A stretch of DNA of 64,000 nucleotides from Pavona decussata (GCA_977016875.1 CDRNST010000196.1:2046001-2110000); one strand, 5' to 3'; shown: positions 24,385 to 38,704, numbered from the stretch's first letter. The notes: a model not told the origin generated them from the letters alone. A program made the numbers and translations.

Positions 24385-24994
24385 TGGTCTTCCTCGCAGC
24401 CGTTCTGTGTCTCGTCCGAAACGCTTCTCCCCTCAAACGGCTGCTCACATTCTAACAACATTCCTCTCCTGATTTTAGCCAATCACAGCTAGAGTTCCAT
24501 TTTCTGGAACTGCCTCGCGCCAAATTATCTCTTGACTACTCGCCCTATCATAGCTCGTGTTTTATCGTCAGATAATTTGATAAGAATCACGTTAAAATAG
24601 GGTTGACATAACTATGCGACTCCCTCTGTGTTTCCGTTGTGTTGATAAAAGCCTTTTCAGTTTTGCTTTTACAAGTGGGTAGTGCTAAATAAATGTTATC
24701 TGGGAAGACACAGGATCCGTGTATTTCTATACTCGTGATTTCGCTTATGCTGTTGTATCTCGCTGCAGGAAGATTGCAGGATGTTTGTTTAATAACATGG
24801 TTCATTGTTGTCTCTCATTTGTCATTGTTGTCCCGTCGTCATTTTTTCGTGCGAAAACGTACGTCATTCTCGCTTCGCTGATATATGATTGGCCCCTTCA
24901 ATAGACCGCAAAAAAACTGTGGGAAAGGAATGTGGCTCCGTTTGTGGGGAGGAGCGTTGAGTGACGAGACACAGAACGGCTGCGAGGGAGACTA
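24385..24994. mobile_element. Non-autonomous AcademH-type element with ~10-bp TSD
   Basis: tggtcttcctcgcagccgttctgtgtctcgtc / gacgagacacagaacggctgcgagggagacta. Flanks are gagtcgtccg and gagtcgaccg. Confidence 0.75.
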
Positions 24995-25316
24995 GAGTCG
25001 ACCGGTATTCTATCTTTAAACGTTGCTGGCGTCACCTGTTTCTGTCTCAGCCTTGCGAACACAATGGAACCCTTTAGTAGTGGGATGCACATGAGCGATT
25101 ACACTTGATGTTAAAATTATCATTGTTTTATTATGTAAATTGTTTTGTGGCTTAAAATTGGTTAAGCGTTTTTTTTCTTTCTATAACAGCTTAAAGGGTT
25201 CATTTTTAGCTGTTAGCAGAGCCAGCCTCACAGACATCAAGTTTTTATTCGCATAATTCCCTGTACATCATGAAGGTTTTCATTGTTCAGTAACGTTAAA
25301 CATAACCTACGATCAG

Positions 25317-25433
25317 GGCCCAGTTGCTCGAAGCATGGTTAGCGCTAACCCGGGTTAAATGCCATGACAACCTGTAGGTTTTAATACCTCTGAACCAATG
25401 GTTAGCGTTAACCATGCTTTGAGCAACTCAGCC
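25317..25433. mobile_element. PIF/Harbinger-type MITE with CAG TSD inside the AcademH TIR
   Basis: cag|ggcccagttgctcgaagcatggttagcgctaacc...ggttagcgttaaccatgctttgagcaactcagcc|cag. Confidence 0.8.
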
Positions 25434-25654
25434 CAGGCGTTCTTTTTTTCGCGGGAGCGCGAAAGTGTGGCAGCACGAGAGTCAGCAGTCGGGAGAAGGA
25501 AGAAAATAGAACGCCTGATACAATTACTGCGCGGGTCTTCTGTTGCCCCTTGTTGCTTACGCGGTGTTATCTTGTGTCATGCTTTTATGTAAGCCAATCA
25601 GATTTTACCGGAAATGAATACAGCATGGAAAGCGCGAAGGCTTCAACATCTTAA

Positions 25655-26041
25655 GGACGGTGCCTACTAATAAAGAAGTATTTTTTGTGTGGTTTCTGAC
25701 TATGCGTGGAAAACAGATCTTAGCAAGGGCTAATAAAATCCAAAAGGAAAATTAAGGATAACCACGCATTTTTTAGAGATAATTAAGCAACAAATATTCT
25801 AAAAAACAGTAAAACGCAAAGCGATGTAAGCAATTTTCTTTCCAAATTGAAGCTTTATTATCTCTGATCGTTACCCACAATTTTCTTTTTCGATACAAAT
25901 GGCACTTGCTAAGTTCAACTTTCTCCGTATAGTTTTATGAGACGCAAAAATATCCCTGTATTAGTGGGCACCCCCCATAGGAAACCCGAGTATCTCGAGA
26001 TGCGCAGAACGTATGCGCAGTAACAAAAGTTGGCACCGTCC
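25655..26041. mobile_element. Kolobok-type MITE with TTAA TSD
   Basis: TTAA-ggacggtgcc...ggcaccgtcc-TTAA. Confidence 0.9.
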
Positions 26042-29000
26042 TTAAATGCTTTAGCTTCATTCCACGCGAGCGTGAAAAACTTTAGCAGCAGTGACTCCAC
26101 AATCCTTTTTCATATTTTCTATTCATAAATTATAGGACTATCGGGAAAATCTTGCACACATTTTATTCGCCGGATAGGAAACTATCCAGTGGATAAAATT
26201 ATCCGCCCTTTGAACAACTGGGGCCAGATCTCCGAATAATAAAATAGCCGTTAATTCTCTTCCAAAGCTCCAATCGTCTCGAAATTCGACATAGAGCTCA
26301 CACCATAGCTCCTTTAACCACTCGCTTCCTTCATCGGACGAAAACGTCCGCGGAACGGGAATTTCATTTGGCAAACCTCAAGACGCTTTTTTCTATCGCA
26401 GACCTTCGCAACATGCTTTATTCGTATGTTCCGTGCACCGACGGTTGGAAAAGCGCCTTAGCAGCCCGGCCTTTAGGTTCAAATCACTTGGACACCCTGG
26501 TGGGCCAGCACTTTACCTGGACTGAAGAAAATATATATTTTCCCGTGAGCACTCTTTCTCTCCCAACCCTTGTTGGCATAACCATACTGAATGAAACCAC
26601 TTCTACCATCTGCACCATCGTCATCCGACTCACTGTCTTGACTTTCGCTGCCGCTGTAGTAGTCACGTTGATAAGTGAAGGCGAGCACCTCCACAGGCTG
26701 TTTATCAGACTCACTTTCTGGACTTTCTGCACTTTACCCGGCACCGAGATTTGCTCATGAAAAAATACAAACTGCAAATACAATGGATTAAGCGATGACT
26801 GTATTTCGTACAAATTCAAAGGCAGTGTTCCAGCTCAGTCCATGGTGTTTGTCTTGTTAGACTGCGGTGCCTTACGCACTTGCTGTATTGTTTTGCCTAC
26901 AATCACATCTCAGCTTCCTCATTTCTAGACAATCTTTCTCCAACTGGCTTGGGAATTTCAACACGGACCAACTGGCCTGCAGCAGAAGTTTCAACAGGGT
27001 AGTATGAGTTGGGAAGTGTGTCAGCAGTGATTCCAAGTTCAAGTTCATCGCAAAACCTGGATATGAAGACAGATCTTTGATATTGTTTTCTTCCTTGCGG
27101 AGCGACTTTGTCATCAGTTCCAATGACTTCAAACACCTATTTGATAGTGTTTGATAGTGTTTGATAGCTACCCCGTCAAAATCAGTCTGTGGTTTCTCTC
27201 GTCAAGGACTGTACTTCCCTTGCCTTCTGCGCGAGCAAGATTTGACGTACTCCAGCACCTCATCCACCATCACAGTTGGTTCACTAACTGACCTTCGTGG
27301 ACCTCTAAAGGTGCTCTTTTTTGAATGAATGTTAAAAGCCTTGAACAGGACTTATTACTTTCCAATTAAGAATCTCTGCTATTGATTAGTTTAACAAAAC
27401 AGAACCAGAGTGTGCCACATAAATGTTGCGATCAAATTCAACGCAGATCCCCAACGGTTGGCCCAGTTTTCGAATGTGATTGTGAGTCATCACTATTGCC
27501 TTTACCGTGTTCTGCAATCACAGCAACTGCTCCACATCCAAAGAGCTTAACGGAGTGTTCTTCACAGAGCAAAATATTCTTACCAAGTTATGCAACATTC
27601 ACTGCTCGTGATGATATGGGTGAGCCATCACTCCCTCTTACGATTCTTGTTACACCTTGCGATGGAACAAATACATAAAGAACACCATCCGTACAAACAG
27701 CAAGTTAGTCCCATGACAGTATCAAAGAACCAACATTTATCCAACCGTCGGCATACCTACACATTACATTCAACGCTCCAAGAACAGCTACCCAGTCAAA
27801 ATCAGTTTTGATAGAGTAAATAGTCCTTGCAGAGTTGGATGTACCAATTAACGTGTTATCGCTTCTAAGACATATTGACGAGAACTGAACGTCGTCGTCA
27901 AAAGCTACAATGCCCAGAGAACCTTGCATTTTGTGGGTGTTTTTCTTGATTTCAAGATAACTCTGGATCTTTTCCTGCAGAGATTTAAGACTATGATGCT
28001 GGACATCACAACGGGAATCTATGTGCTGTTGGATAAACTATGCAGCAGCGGCTTTGGTTCTAAATTTTGAAGGTTTCACCCTTGTTCTACCTGAAGGTAA
28101 AATTATTTACACACTGCACAATGCGAGTGTCGTAAAATACGCAGCACATGCAGATATCAAAGTGCTTGATCTTTAGACGATCTTAAAGGTAAAAACGTTG
28201 TCAGTATTTTAGTATAACTTACCTTCAATGTCAAGAAATAGGATTCCTTGTTGTCCGCAAAACAGTGCGATGCAATTCATGAAACACAGACTTATCCCAG
28301 TGGTTTGAATACTCCTCTCTAATACAGCTGTCTCAGCTGGACTGTGAAGGCGTAGCTGAACAAGGTCAGATCTGCTGGTCTTTGGGTTCCAGTTAAGGAA
28401 GACAAGGTCTCCCCTGCTAGCGGTGCATATAGCAAAGGGATGGTTGTAAAGTCCTCTTTTTTCGTTCCTATCTGGAAAAATGTTCATTGTGAGGAAGATT
28501 CAACAACTGCTAATTAGTTAGCTCCAGCAGAAGTTCAATTGCCATCCTGTCCTTGATTCGCACTGATTCAGCGATTAACAGCTTGTGAAGTATCTCACTT
28601 CCTGCAGGATCGGTGTCGTTTTGCAGCATTCTTAGAGTTGCAAGACTGCTTCTGTCACCTTTCATCAAGAATAAGAAACCAGTTGCTCCAAGAACATTTG
28701 TATGTCTTGCCAAGGTGAACAGTATAGGGTACCACAACTAAGTAAGTTACATTTGAGTTGTCTTCGTTGCTGTAAATGTCGGCCATTTTCCGGGTTCCAG
28801 ATTCGCAATCCACACTTCAAGTGAGTACAAGACATTTTGTGCACTTGACGTTCTTTTGATGCAAGCCCTTAAGCGTGTCAGGTGACTCACTTGGCCAACA
28901 GCCCCATATCCTCTACAAACTGACTGTAGTTTTGTACATGCCTTGCAAAAACTGGATTCACTGCAGTCAGTTTCCACTATGGCAGCATTTTTTTCTAGGC

Positions 29001-30119
29001 AGGCCATGCAGCTTTGTAATTGTGTAACCTCTTGAACAAGCTTCTTGGTCAACGTGTTTCCCGTTTTGCCTGTTTGGCTGTAATATCAAACCCCCACTGC
29101 TAAAGTTGATGTTTTGGGTGAATTAGTAAGTACCGTAACCGTAGCCTCAGTAGCAATATTGTACTTTCAATTGCAATGACTAGTCAGTTCAGGAGTAGGA
29201 TCTTTGTTGGCGTTGACGTAATTTATGTCAACGTTGCCAGATATGCTAGACCAACTTCTTTCTCTGCATGCACGCTGAGAACTTTGACTATCTGGCTGTC
29301 CATGATTACAGAATCAGATTTTAGAGCAAGATCATGAAATTGTATAAGTAATGGGTTTATGATCCCACTCTCTGTTGTGTACCCACTACTGTGTTTTGTT
29401 AAAGTTCTGTCTGAAGGCCCGCCTAAGTTTGGTTTCATTGTATCTGGGGTGAACACACCCCTCTTCCCACTCCATGCAATATTGGACCTCGTATCATATT
29501 TATTTAACAGTACTCTGGCCACCTAGCCATTTGAGAGTTTTAAAAAACTCAATGATTTCAGGATCCCATGAATATTCTGAAGGGGTCACTTACACCTGTA
29601 GGACTCCGTTGACGTACTTATAGAAATATTCTTGCTTTGATACTTTCCCTCGTTTAATGAGTTTGCTAATGTAAAAGCAACTTCATCAGCTTGTTCAACA
29701 CATATAGGAAGCATATTATAATCTGTGTAATGGACTTCCAATTAGAGAGTCTTCTGATATAACATTTATTCCTTCACTTGTCATGTTTCCAAATATTGAT
29801 GAAAATCTTAAACAGAAAGACAGATGTCTGTGAACTCCTAGAGAGTCCATACTGCTAGTTTCAAGAAGAACCTTAACAAATTATCAACAATAACTCAAGT
29901 CAGCTCCAGTTTGAGTAATTTATCATGATCACACAGATTGTTCTCTCCTAGGCAGAGTACTAGATGTGAAAAACAGTGAAGCCTTTACAAATTATTATGC
30001 AGGAATGGCCATGCAAGACACAAATACTCACTCAATTTTTACTGTATCAGTCACTTCCTCTGGTGTATTAGTGTCACTTTAAGGCACTGTCTTCTTTTCT
30101 ACATTGACCACATTGTCAG

Positions 30120-33100
30120 TGTTACAACTATTGTAACTACGAAGTATCACGCGATGGTCGGACAGCTGTGTTGTTTTATTTTTTATAACTTAGAAGTACA
30201 TCGCAAGCATTGTGACGTCATAATTACGTAATTTATGACACTCTCCCGGGCCGATTAGATAAGAAATAGTATGGAATGATTAACAAAATAGAAATATTTA
30301 AAAATAGTTTCGTAATAAATATCTTTCAGGTCAAGTATTCCTTTGATTGTTCCCGGATTCTGTGAATTGCTTTCTGAGTGGCAAGTCGTACTGGGGGGCG
30401 TTGTTTGTCGGTTATAGCTTCTTTGTCTTCCTTTTCAATACTTTGTGTATTGTTCTCGCTGGATACCTCCAAAGGGTAAAGTTTCTCTATAGGTCTTAAC
30501 AGTGTATTACCAGAACTTATTCTTAAAGATACAGATCTGACAAATCCATCTTTCCCTTTATGTAAATCAGTAACGACACCTATTTTCCACTGATTACGTG
30601 GCATATTATCATTAATGAGAACAACGTCTCCTGATAGAAACTGTGGTGTTGTTTGACACTTTCCTTTGATGAGCGTTATATTCACGTAGACTTGTCAGAT
30701 ACTCCTTTTGCCAACGTGTCCAGAAAGCCTGTATCGTTTTCTCATGATATTTTGCTCTCTTTGTTAGCTCTTTTGTAGAAACATCAGGCAGAATATAGTC
30801 TGGATCTGATTCTTGGACGCTAACTCTTGTGTCTGGTAATGCCAGAAGACGGTGTCCACATAAGAAATGTGATGGGGTCAAAGGAGAGGCATCGTTAATA
30901 TCCACGTAAGGGTATGTCAAGGGACGGCTGTTTAACACTGCCTCAACCTCAATGAGTATTGTGTTAAGTTCAATAATGTTTAGACAGGCTTTGCCTATAG
31001 TTTTTTTGAGACATCTTTTTACTAGTCCAACAAGTCTTTCGTAGAATCCTGCCCACCACGGGGCTCGTTCTGTTATGAACTTCCATGTTATGTTATGGTT
31101 GGCGAGGAACTGTTGTGATGCATCTGGCTTGAAGACTTGATTTTTCAACGTTTGGAGTTCTTGAGCTCCAGCTTTAAACGTTTTTTTTGTCAGAAACGAT
31201 ACATTCGTGAACTCCACGTCGACTGATAAATCTTCTGAATGCCCTAAGAAAGGCTTGGGTTGTCTGATCTTCTACTAACTCGAGGTGTACGGCTCGTATT
31301 GCGGCACAAGTGAACAGACAAACGTAAACTTTGGATGAAGTTCGATTTCCTTGGTCGCGAACATAAAGAGGACCTGCGTAATCGATGCCAGTAAATTGAA
31401 AGGCCTGTGATTGTAGAACTCTCGGTTTGGGTAGAGGTGGTGTAGGTACAGATCGAAATGGTGGTCCTTGGATTTTTCTGCATGTTGTGCACTTGGAGAT
31501 GATTCTTTTAACCAACTGTCGACCTTGTGGAATCCAATATGTTTGTCTTAGCTGAGTTAATGTTTCACAAACTCCACCATGCATAACCGTCTTGCGCATA
31601 GATTGGACTATCAGTGAAGCCAAATAATTGTCTTTTGGCATGAGAATGGGAAACTTTGTATCGTGGGGTAGATTTGTGTACTGTAACCGTCCACGACAGC
31701 GAAGTAGGTCCTCATCGTCAAGATAAAGGTTGAGTTGTCGCACGATGGCAGGTTCTTTGAATTTATCCCCGTTCTTTAGGTATGATATTTCTTTTTTATA
31801 AGTTATTTGTTGAATTGCTTTGAGTAACAAATTTCTGGCTTCCAGCATTTCTTTTGTGGTGAGAATGTTATCATTATACGCTTCAGGTGTTTTCCACTTT
31901 CTTGCAAAAAGGACAAGAAGGGCGGTAATTCTGACTACACGCGTTAGGGTGCTGTATTTTGTTAACTCAATGATGTTCAGCATGTTGGGATTTCCTTTAA
32001 TATCTGCCATAATTGTAACTGCCAATTGTGGGTTCTCGTACTCTGTGTGGATTGATGATGGTTCGGGTTGTGGAGGCCATGTGTCCTCTGGGTTTCTCAG
32101 CCATGGAGGCCCTTGAAACCATAGCTGTTTCTTCTCGTTGAACATTTTGGTATCAAGTCCCCGAGTCAACAAGTCGGCTGGATTCATCGATGTTGGGCAA
32201 AATCGCCATGTATTCGAGGATGTTATTTCTTTTATCTTGTGGACTCGTGTACTAACAAATTGTGGTAATTGTTTAGTAGACGATATCCACGATAATACTA
32301 TTTGGGAATCACTCCAGTATGTGACTTCGCACTTGGGTTTTGTAAGTTGTAGTGTCTTGGTCAGATATTCAGATAACTGCGCTCCTAAGAGTGCTGCTAA
32401 CAGTTCCAGTCGTGGAAGGGTCTGTGTTTTAATAGGTGCAACTTTGGTTTTAGCCATAACGAACGCAGTGGATACTTCAGCTCCTGATTCTCCTCTTAGG
32501 TAAGCCACTGCTCCGTAAGCTAGTTGGCTGCTGTCGCAAAATATATGAAGTTGCCGTGTAGAAATGCCTGTGAGGAAGTATGGTCTGGGTATTTCAATCG
32601 ACGTCAAATTGCTGATATCGCTGATCCAGTTTAGCCATTGGTTCTCATGATCGCTTGGGACATCCTCATCCCAGCTTAAGTTCTGTTTCCATAGATCTTG
32701 GATCATGATCTTTGCTTTGACTGTAATGGGTTCAACATATCCCAGGGGATCAAACAACTTTGATGCAAAGCTGATCGTGGATCTTTTAGTAAGTTTTGTG
32801 ATAGCTTCCGATTTTTTAATCATGTTTTCGAGTGAAAGGGATAGCGTATCGTTCGTTGAGTTCCACGTGAGTCCTAGAATTTTTGTTGTTTGAGCTGCAT
32901 GTGCATTATCATCTTGTGCTCTGCGATTTAAGGCGATTGAGTTAGAGGTCCACTGTCGTAAATTCATGCCTGCTTTTTGTAGATAATTTCGCGACAAAGA
33001 ATAATATTCTAAGGCTTTATCGTCACAATTAGTTCCTGTGACCACATTGTCCATATACATATTCTCTGTTAAGTCTTTCATTATCCAGTTATCGTTTTCG

Positions 33101-35871
33101 TTAAGGTGATATCGTATTGTCGCGTTTAGTAGAAAGGGTGAGGGAGCTGCTCCAAATAGAACGCGGCAAAATCTGTAAGCTTCCAAATTGTCCGCACTGT
33201 TAACGGATTTGTTCGTGTCTTTTAGCCATAAGAATCTAGTAGCGTCTCTGTCTTGGTTGTTTAGTTCGATTTGAAGGAAAGCTTTTTCTATGTCTGCCGT
33301 AAAGGCAACTCTGTGGGTCCTGAATTTTAATAGGATACCAGTTAGATCCTGCATTAGATTTGGACCTGTATGCAGACAGTCATTTAAACTCAATGCTTCT
33401 GATGACACTCTGGCAGATGCGTCATAGACTATTCTCATCTTAGTTGTCGCGCTTTCCGTTTTAAAAACAGGAAAGTGCGGGATGTAATGTAAAATGCCTT
33501 CGTGAAGATTGAGGTTCCTCACTTTCTCTATGAAACCGAGATTGACTTGTTCAAGGAGTTGTTTGTTGTATTTCTCAATAAGTCCTGGGTCCTTCTTGTT
33601 GAGGCTGTTTAGTAGACTGTTTAACCGTCTTTTGCTTAAAATGAAGTTTGTTGGTAGATCTTGTTTGTTTTGTTTCCATGGGAGTCTTACGTTGTATCTA
33701 CCGGTCGCTTCGTTAAATCGGATGGTTTTCTGAAAGTCTGTTGTGATATCGTCGTTTTTGTCGCTTTCTTCTGGTATCTTGCTGATTTCCCAGAACTTGG
33801 TTAATAGGTTATCGAGTTTTGACTCTTGTACTGGCGTTATTTCGATCCTTTGGCACAGTGTGTTTAAGTCGTTCCCGTGGTTGCTCTCGTTTTGAACGGG
33901 TCCGGACAGGAGCCATCCGAATTTGCTTTCTATAGCAATCAAGGCTTCGTTTTCAGTTTTGATGATTTTTCCAGTAATCAGCTGACCGTAATAGTCGTTT
34001 CCAATGATAATATCAACGTCAAGATTTTCTGGTGATTGCAGTCGATCTGCAAGTTTGAGTCCTTTCAATGCAGGAGGTATCTTAAGTTTTTCCATGACTG
34101 ATAGCGGTGGGCAAATAATTGGAGTTACTAGTGCTTTTATTGTGATATTCTCTGTTTCTGTCGATATCGAGAATGAGACAATATCATATGTTTTCCTGGT
34201 ACTTTGAAATGAGCCGAAAGTAGTTACATCCAGGAGTTCTTTCCCCGTTGGTGTCAGTTCAAGTTTGTGCGTCATATCTTGAGTAATAAAGGTTCTTTGT
34301 GATCCCGTATCGAACAGGATGCGAGCTTGACGATATTGTTTACCGGCTCCACGTATCTTTGTGACGGCGGATTGCATCAGGATATGATTGGTAGGATGAA
34401 GGGAATGTGTTGCTCCCATGTGGGTTGTGTTTTTTGCTGTGGTATGTGTAGGTGGCTGACTACGGTTTGAATTGCTGTTTTCTTTCATCTGATACGATGA
34501 ACTTTGGTTTGGATTCTCTTGTTTTTCTTCGCAGATTGAAGTATGGTGTTTGCTCTTACATTTCATACAACGACCTTTTGAGTAGCATTGACTTTTCGTG
34601 TGTTTGAGTCCAAGACAGTTTAGACATCTTTGTTGGCGTTGAAGGATAGATCTACGTTCTTCTTTATCGCATTTCTCTGGGCGGTGTGTTTCCGCGCAGT
34701 AAGTGCATGGGCGTGTTACTTTCGGTTTTCTGTTGAAAATTCTTTGTTTTTGCTGAGCATTGGCTAATAGAGTGCCAGCGGTTGGTACGAATACTTCTCC
34801 GTCCATTTCAACAGATGTGGAATCTTCTTGAGAGGATATGTGACTTTTCTCTCGTGTTTCAATTTCTTGTCTTATAGCTACCCTCAATCTATCCAGGGAG
34901 CTGTCCGCTAAAGGATCCGCTCTGAATATCAAGCAGCGTATGTCCTCGGGTATTTTCTTTAGGAGTATGGGAATTAGCCAACTACCATATGATTTTGTCA
35001 TTACGCCAAGAGTTTCTAAGCCACGAATATTGGCTTCGCATGTATCGTGAAATTCCCTTAAATTTTTAATGTCACTTGATGGCGCTCGGATCTTGGATAA
35101 TGATTCCATGTAAGCGTTGGTTAAATTTTGGGTTTTGCCAAAGCGCTCTTTTAATAGCTCAGTTGCTTTTCTATAATTGGCTTCAGTCAATGGAAGCCCG
35201 GAGATAGCGCGCGCTGCTTCTCCTTTAAGCATTCCATTAAGATAATTCATTTTTTCAACATCACTTAGTTCAAGGTTTTTATCGATAGCTGCACTAAAGC
35301 TATCCCAGAATGTGAGCCATTCAAGTGGATCTCCTCCAAAGGATTTGATGTTTATCTTGGGTAGATTAATGTGCATTCGAGGCGTTGGTGTTTGCTTGAA
35401 ACTACTGTTATGGAACTGACTCACCGGCGTTTCTTGTTTACTCTTGAGAAATCGTTTGATTCGGAATTGCCAGTCCGATATATTGTCTTGAAACAATAGG
35501 GCTGATTCTGTGTCTTTTAGTATTTCTGGCTCTGTCTCCAAAGCCATTACAATTTTAGCATCCATGTGCGCTATTTCCCCAGCTCTTCGTGTGAGTCTGT
35601 CCACAAGTGCCTCTAATTCAGCAGGATCTGAATCCTTTGCAGCTAGGAGTTTTTCTGCTTTTTTAAAGTCTTGCGTACAGTGTCCTTTGTAGGCTCCTCG
35701 GATCGATATCATTTTGGTTATATCCTCTGTCATCCTGGTCTCGGCACCAATGTTACAACTATTGTAACTACGAAGTATCACGCGATGGTCGGACAGCTGT
35801 GTTGTTTTATTTTTTATAACTTAGAAGTACATCGCAAGCATTGTGACGTCATAATTACGTAATTTATGACA
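30120..35871 (-). mobile_element. Full-length BEL/Pao LTR retrotransposon
   Basis: Identical 121-bp LTRs (30120-30240 and 35751-35871, TG...CA) with 5-bp TSD GTCAG. PBS TGGTGCCGAGACCAGGAT (tRNA-His/Phe-like). PPT-like GGCCCGGGAGAG. Empty site in arm A at 4621-4625. Confidence 0.97.
30326..35733 (-). CDS. BEL/Pao gag-pol polyprotein (DUF1759 gag, Zn knuckles, protease, RT, RNase H, integrase) with two frameshifts in the integrase region
   Basis: FGGDPLEWLTFWDSF, CLNCLGLKH, LFDTGSQRTF, RIVYDAS, ADIEKAFLQI, MYMDN, HIFCDSSQLAYG, GIDYAGP, APWWAGFYERLV and GDVVLI. Frame changes near 31185 and 30635. Confidence 0.92.
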
Positions 35872-37777
35872 GTCAGCATCAGGTGGGGCGGCTACCCTTG
35901 GTCGCTTTTCCACAGTACCATAAAACTCGTCAATTCTCCATGTCTTTAATTTGAACCTACAGCTTCTTCAGTGACCCTTGCAGAGCACACATTTGATCTC
36001 TCACTCTTATCCAATTTTTGATTTTTGCCACAAAGCAAACATTTCATGCTTTTACCATCGTTCCCCAGTCTCACATTGTCAAGTAACTCCTCGAGTCTCT
36101 CATGAGTTTGAGGCAACTCGTGCCCACTTTTCGTTCTAGTAGTCTTTGTTGGCTTTTTTGGTGTTTTACCAAAGTCATTGGCTGTGTTATTCGTGCAGGT
36201 AGGAGTTGCAACCACTGAGTCTGAGGTTGAAGACGATGAACTCTCAAACAGGATGTTTATTGTTCGTCGTGGCTAACCCCGCGGACGGCCCTGGGAACGA
36301 GGTTGGAATCGAACGGCAGCGTTTTCAGTTCACTTGCGCCCGCAAACGCACACGAGCAGAAAAATTGCGCGGAACGTTTTTCCGCTCTGAAGATATGCCT
36401 CGCCTGCAAATTTGCGCATGCCCTTCCATCTACAACTAACCGCTGAGCAGTAAAACTGAGAGGACTTCATTACGTGATGGTGTGAAGCCTGGTATGCGGC
36501 ATGCGGTATGAGGCGCGGAGCCTGAGGTTTACTTATAGAGACTAAATTTTATTTCTCTATTAAAGAAATAGGCCCATTTGGGAAGTTTTGTCAAATAATA
36601 GAGTCGGATACCGCTAAAGAAGAGAAATCCCATTTCCATTTTTGAAATTGTCTATCCCTTTCTCAGTGGTTAATTCCAAGTCCCAGTGCACTGAGTAAAT
36701 CAAATTTTCCCAGTCCAAAAAACGGCAAATCCCAGTTCTCATTTTACCCCTTCAGGGCCCTCCTTAAACCTACTGAATCGCGCTGAAATGGCCAAAATAT
36801 GGCACACAAACACTGGCAAGACATGATCAAGGAGACAAGGTAAGCCATTTTTGTTCAATTCTGATGCCCTTTATTTTCGACTTCGAAAACACTTTCGTAA
36901 ATTCCCATACAAACCCTTATAATTTACCCCATTGTGTAACACTCATCGTGACGTGATGTTACAAAGGTTAAACGAAGGTCTTATAAATGCCCATAGAGCT
37001 TGGGCTACCTGTGCTCAAACATACAATCATGTAACCAATTGGAACATGACTCAAAGAATCTTTTGTTTTTGGACCAATTATAGACAAGAGTCCAGATTCT
37101 GGACTGGCGGCAGAAGACTCGTACAATAATTGTATTAGGCGCCTGATTACTCGGGCCGTAAGCCGAACCGAGTTAAGGTTACCCGGTACCTTCAGAGGTG
37201 TCTCGCGTCCAAGCAATGTAGCGCGTCCGGTTTAAACTGTAGATACCTAAACCCTTATATCAAATTAAAGCTTATAGAGCTGGCTATCCAACTAAACCAA
37301 GAATTTTGAAATAAAGTAAATTGCCGAATTTTTAGCGCTGTTTTTTCGAATACATTTTTTTCACTTGGAGGAGCCACTTCAAAGAGCTAAAACGCAAAAG
37401 GAATTTGTTCGTTTGTCTTCAAATTTGGACAGTAGCTAGTTTAACATATAAACAACAAAAGAGTGTCTGCGAATTTTTTCTTTCGAAATATTTTTTCTCC
37501 GAGAGCGATTTTTGTACGATTACTCCACATTTCTTCCATCCTTTTTCGAAAATGCTCTATAACTTTTCACTGCGAATGAATATGGCAAAACGCAGGCACG
37601 TTTTTTTAGCGCTTTGGGTCTGGAAACTGAGGAGCAAATTAAATTAGCAAAAAACAAAATTCACTTTGACTTGTAGCTTTAAAAAGGTGATTCGGACGCT
37701 CGCAATTAGAGGCCGTGAAAAATTCGACAATTTATTTTATTTCAAAGTTTTTGGTATGGTTTGATAGTCAGCTCTAT

Positions 37778-38704
37778 TATGGCAAGCCAAATGTAGCAAT
37801 ATTCAATTCGTCTAATTTTATATTCAGTTTTGTATTATATATTCAACTATGTGTTTAATATTCAACTTGTATTCAACATTCAACACGCTTTTTAACATTC
37901 AACACATTATTTAACATTCAACTCTCCATTTAACATTCAACTATTCTTTCAACATTCAACTATTCATTTAACATTCAATTCTTCATTCAACATTCAACTA
38001 TTCATTTAACATTCAACTATTCATTCAACGTTCAATTCTTCATTCAACATTCAACTATTCATTCAATTCAACTCTCTTGAGCCCTCACTATTTTTGGTCA
38101 GTGACGCATAGCATTGCTTGTTGCAAACATGGCGGCGCGTCCATGGCGGCAATGCCGGTTACGGAAATGGCAGCCTATGAAGATGATGACACAAGGCTCG
38201 AATTCGATGTGGAGTCTGACTTGCCAAGGTTTCTTTCCTCGATCCTTCAGAGAACTGACCAGATTTCCCAGTGAAAAGAAGATAACGAAATTGTGGAGCA
38301 GCATATTGTTGTTGTTGATCGAACGGTGAGTTTGCTTCGTGCGCTCCGAGACAGCAGTTCGAATATTAACGCTTATGACAAAGAAACCTTAGACAATCTC
38401 TCATCAGCTTTCAGTGAAGTCTTATCCGCCCTGCAGCAATGTTTAGCCATAGCATCTTTGTCTCCAACTTCAGTGGCAAAGAATGTTTGTTCCAGGCTAA
38501 AAAGTGATGAGCCCGGTAAACCAGCTTTCCACATCACTGCAGAGCTCCTGGAAGACCTCCTGGGTTTGGGCTTTACTTACACACTAGAATTGCGGAGATG
38601 TTGGGAGTATCTCGTTGGACTACATCAAGGAGGATCAAAGATTATGGTTTAGAAGATTTCAGGTCGTTTAGTAAACTGCCTGATGACGAGTTAGACGAAT
38701 TAGT
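37778..38704 (+). mobile_element. IS3EU-like transposon 5' fragment with subterminal CATTCAA tandem array and HTH remnant
   Basis: TATGGCAAGCCA terminus and (cattcaacattcaact)n at 37820-38075. Protein remnant GKPAFHITAELLEDLLGLGFT..IAEMLGVSRWTTSRRIKDYGL..SKLPDDELDELV. Confidence 0.65.

Larger units (their letters stand above)
26515..36762 (-). mobile_element. Copy B of the P-like/NHL transposon (3' end deleted), interrupted by the BEL element
   Basis: Inverted match to 2244-8448. For example, ORF 28510-28737 corresponds to 6065-6292 and ORF 28747-29052 to 5751-6140. Confidence 0.8.

Noticed and set aside
31174-31217. Programmed ribosomal frameshift in BEL pol
   Set aside because: It falls inside the integrase catalytic SDNA motif and corrupts it, and BEL elements normally have a single ORF. 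Mutation or assembly error is more likely.
37820-38075. Regular short repeats resembling a CRISPR array
   Set aside because: Head-to-tail degenerate units without unique spacers, eukaryotic context, and no cas genes.
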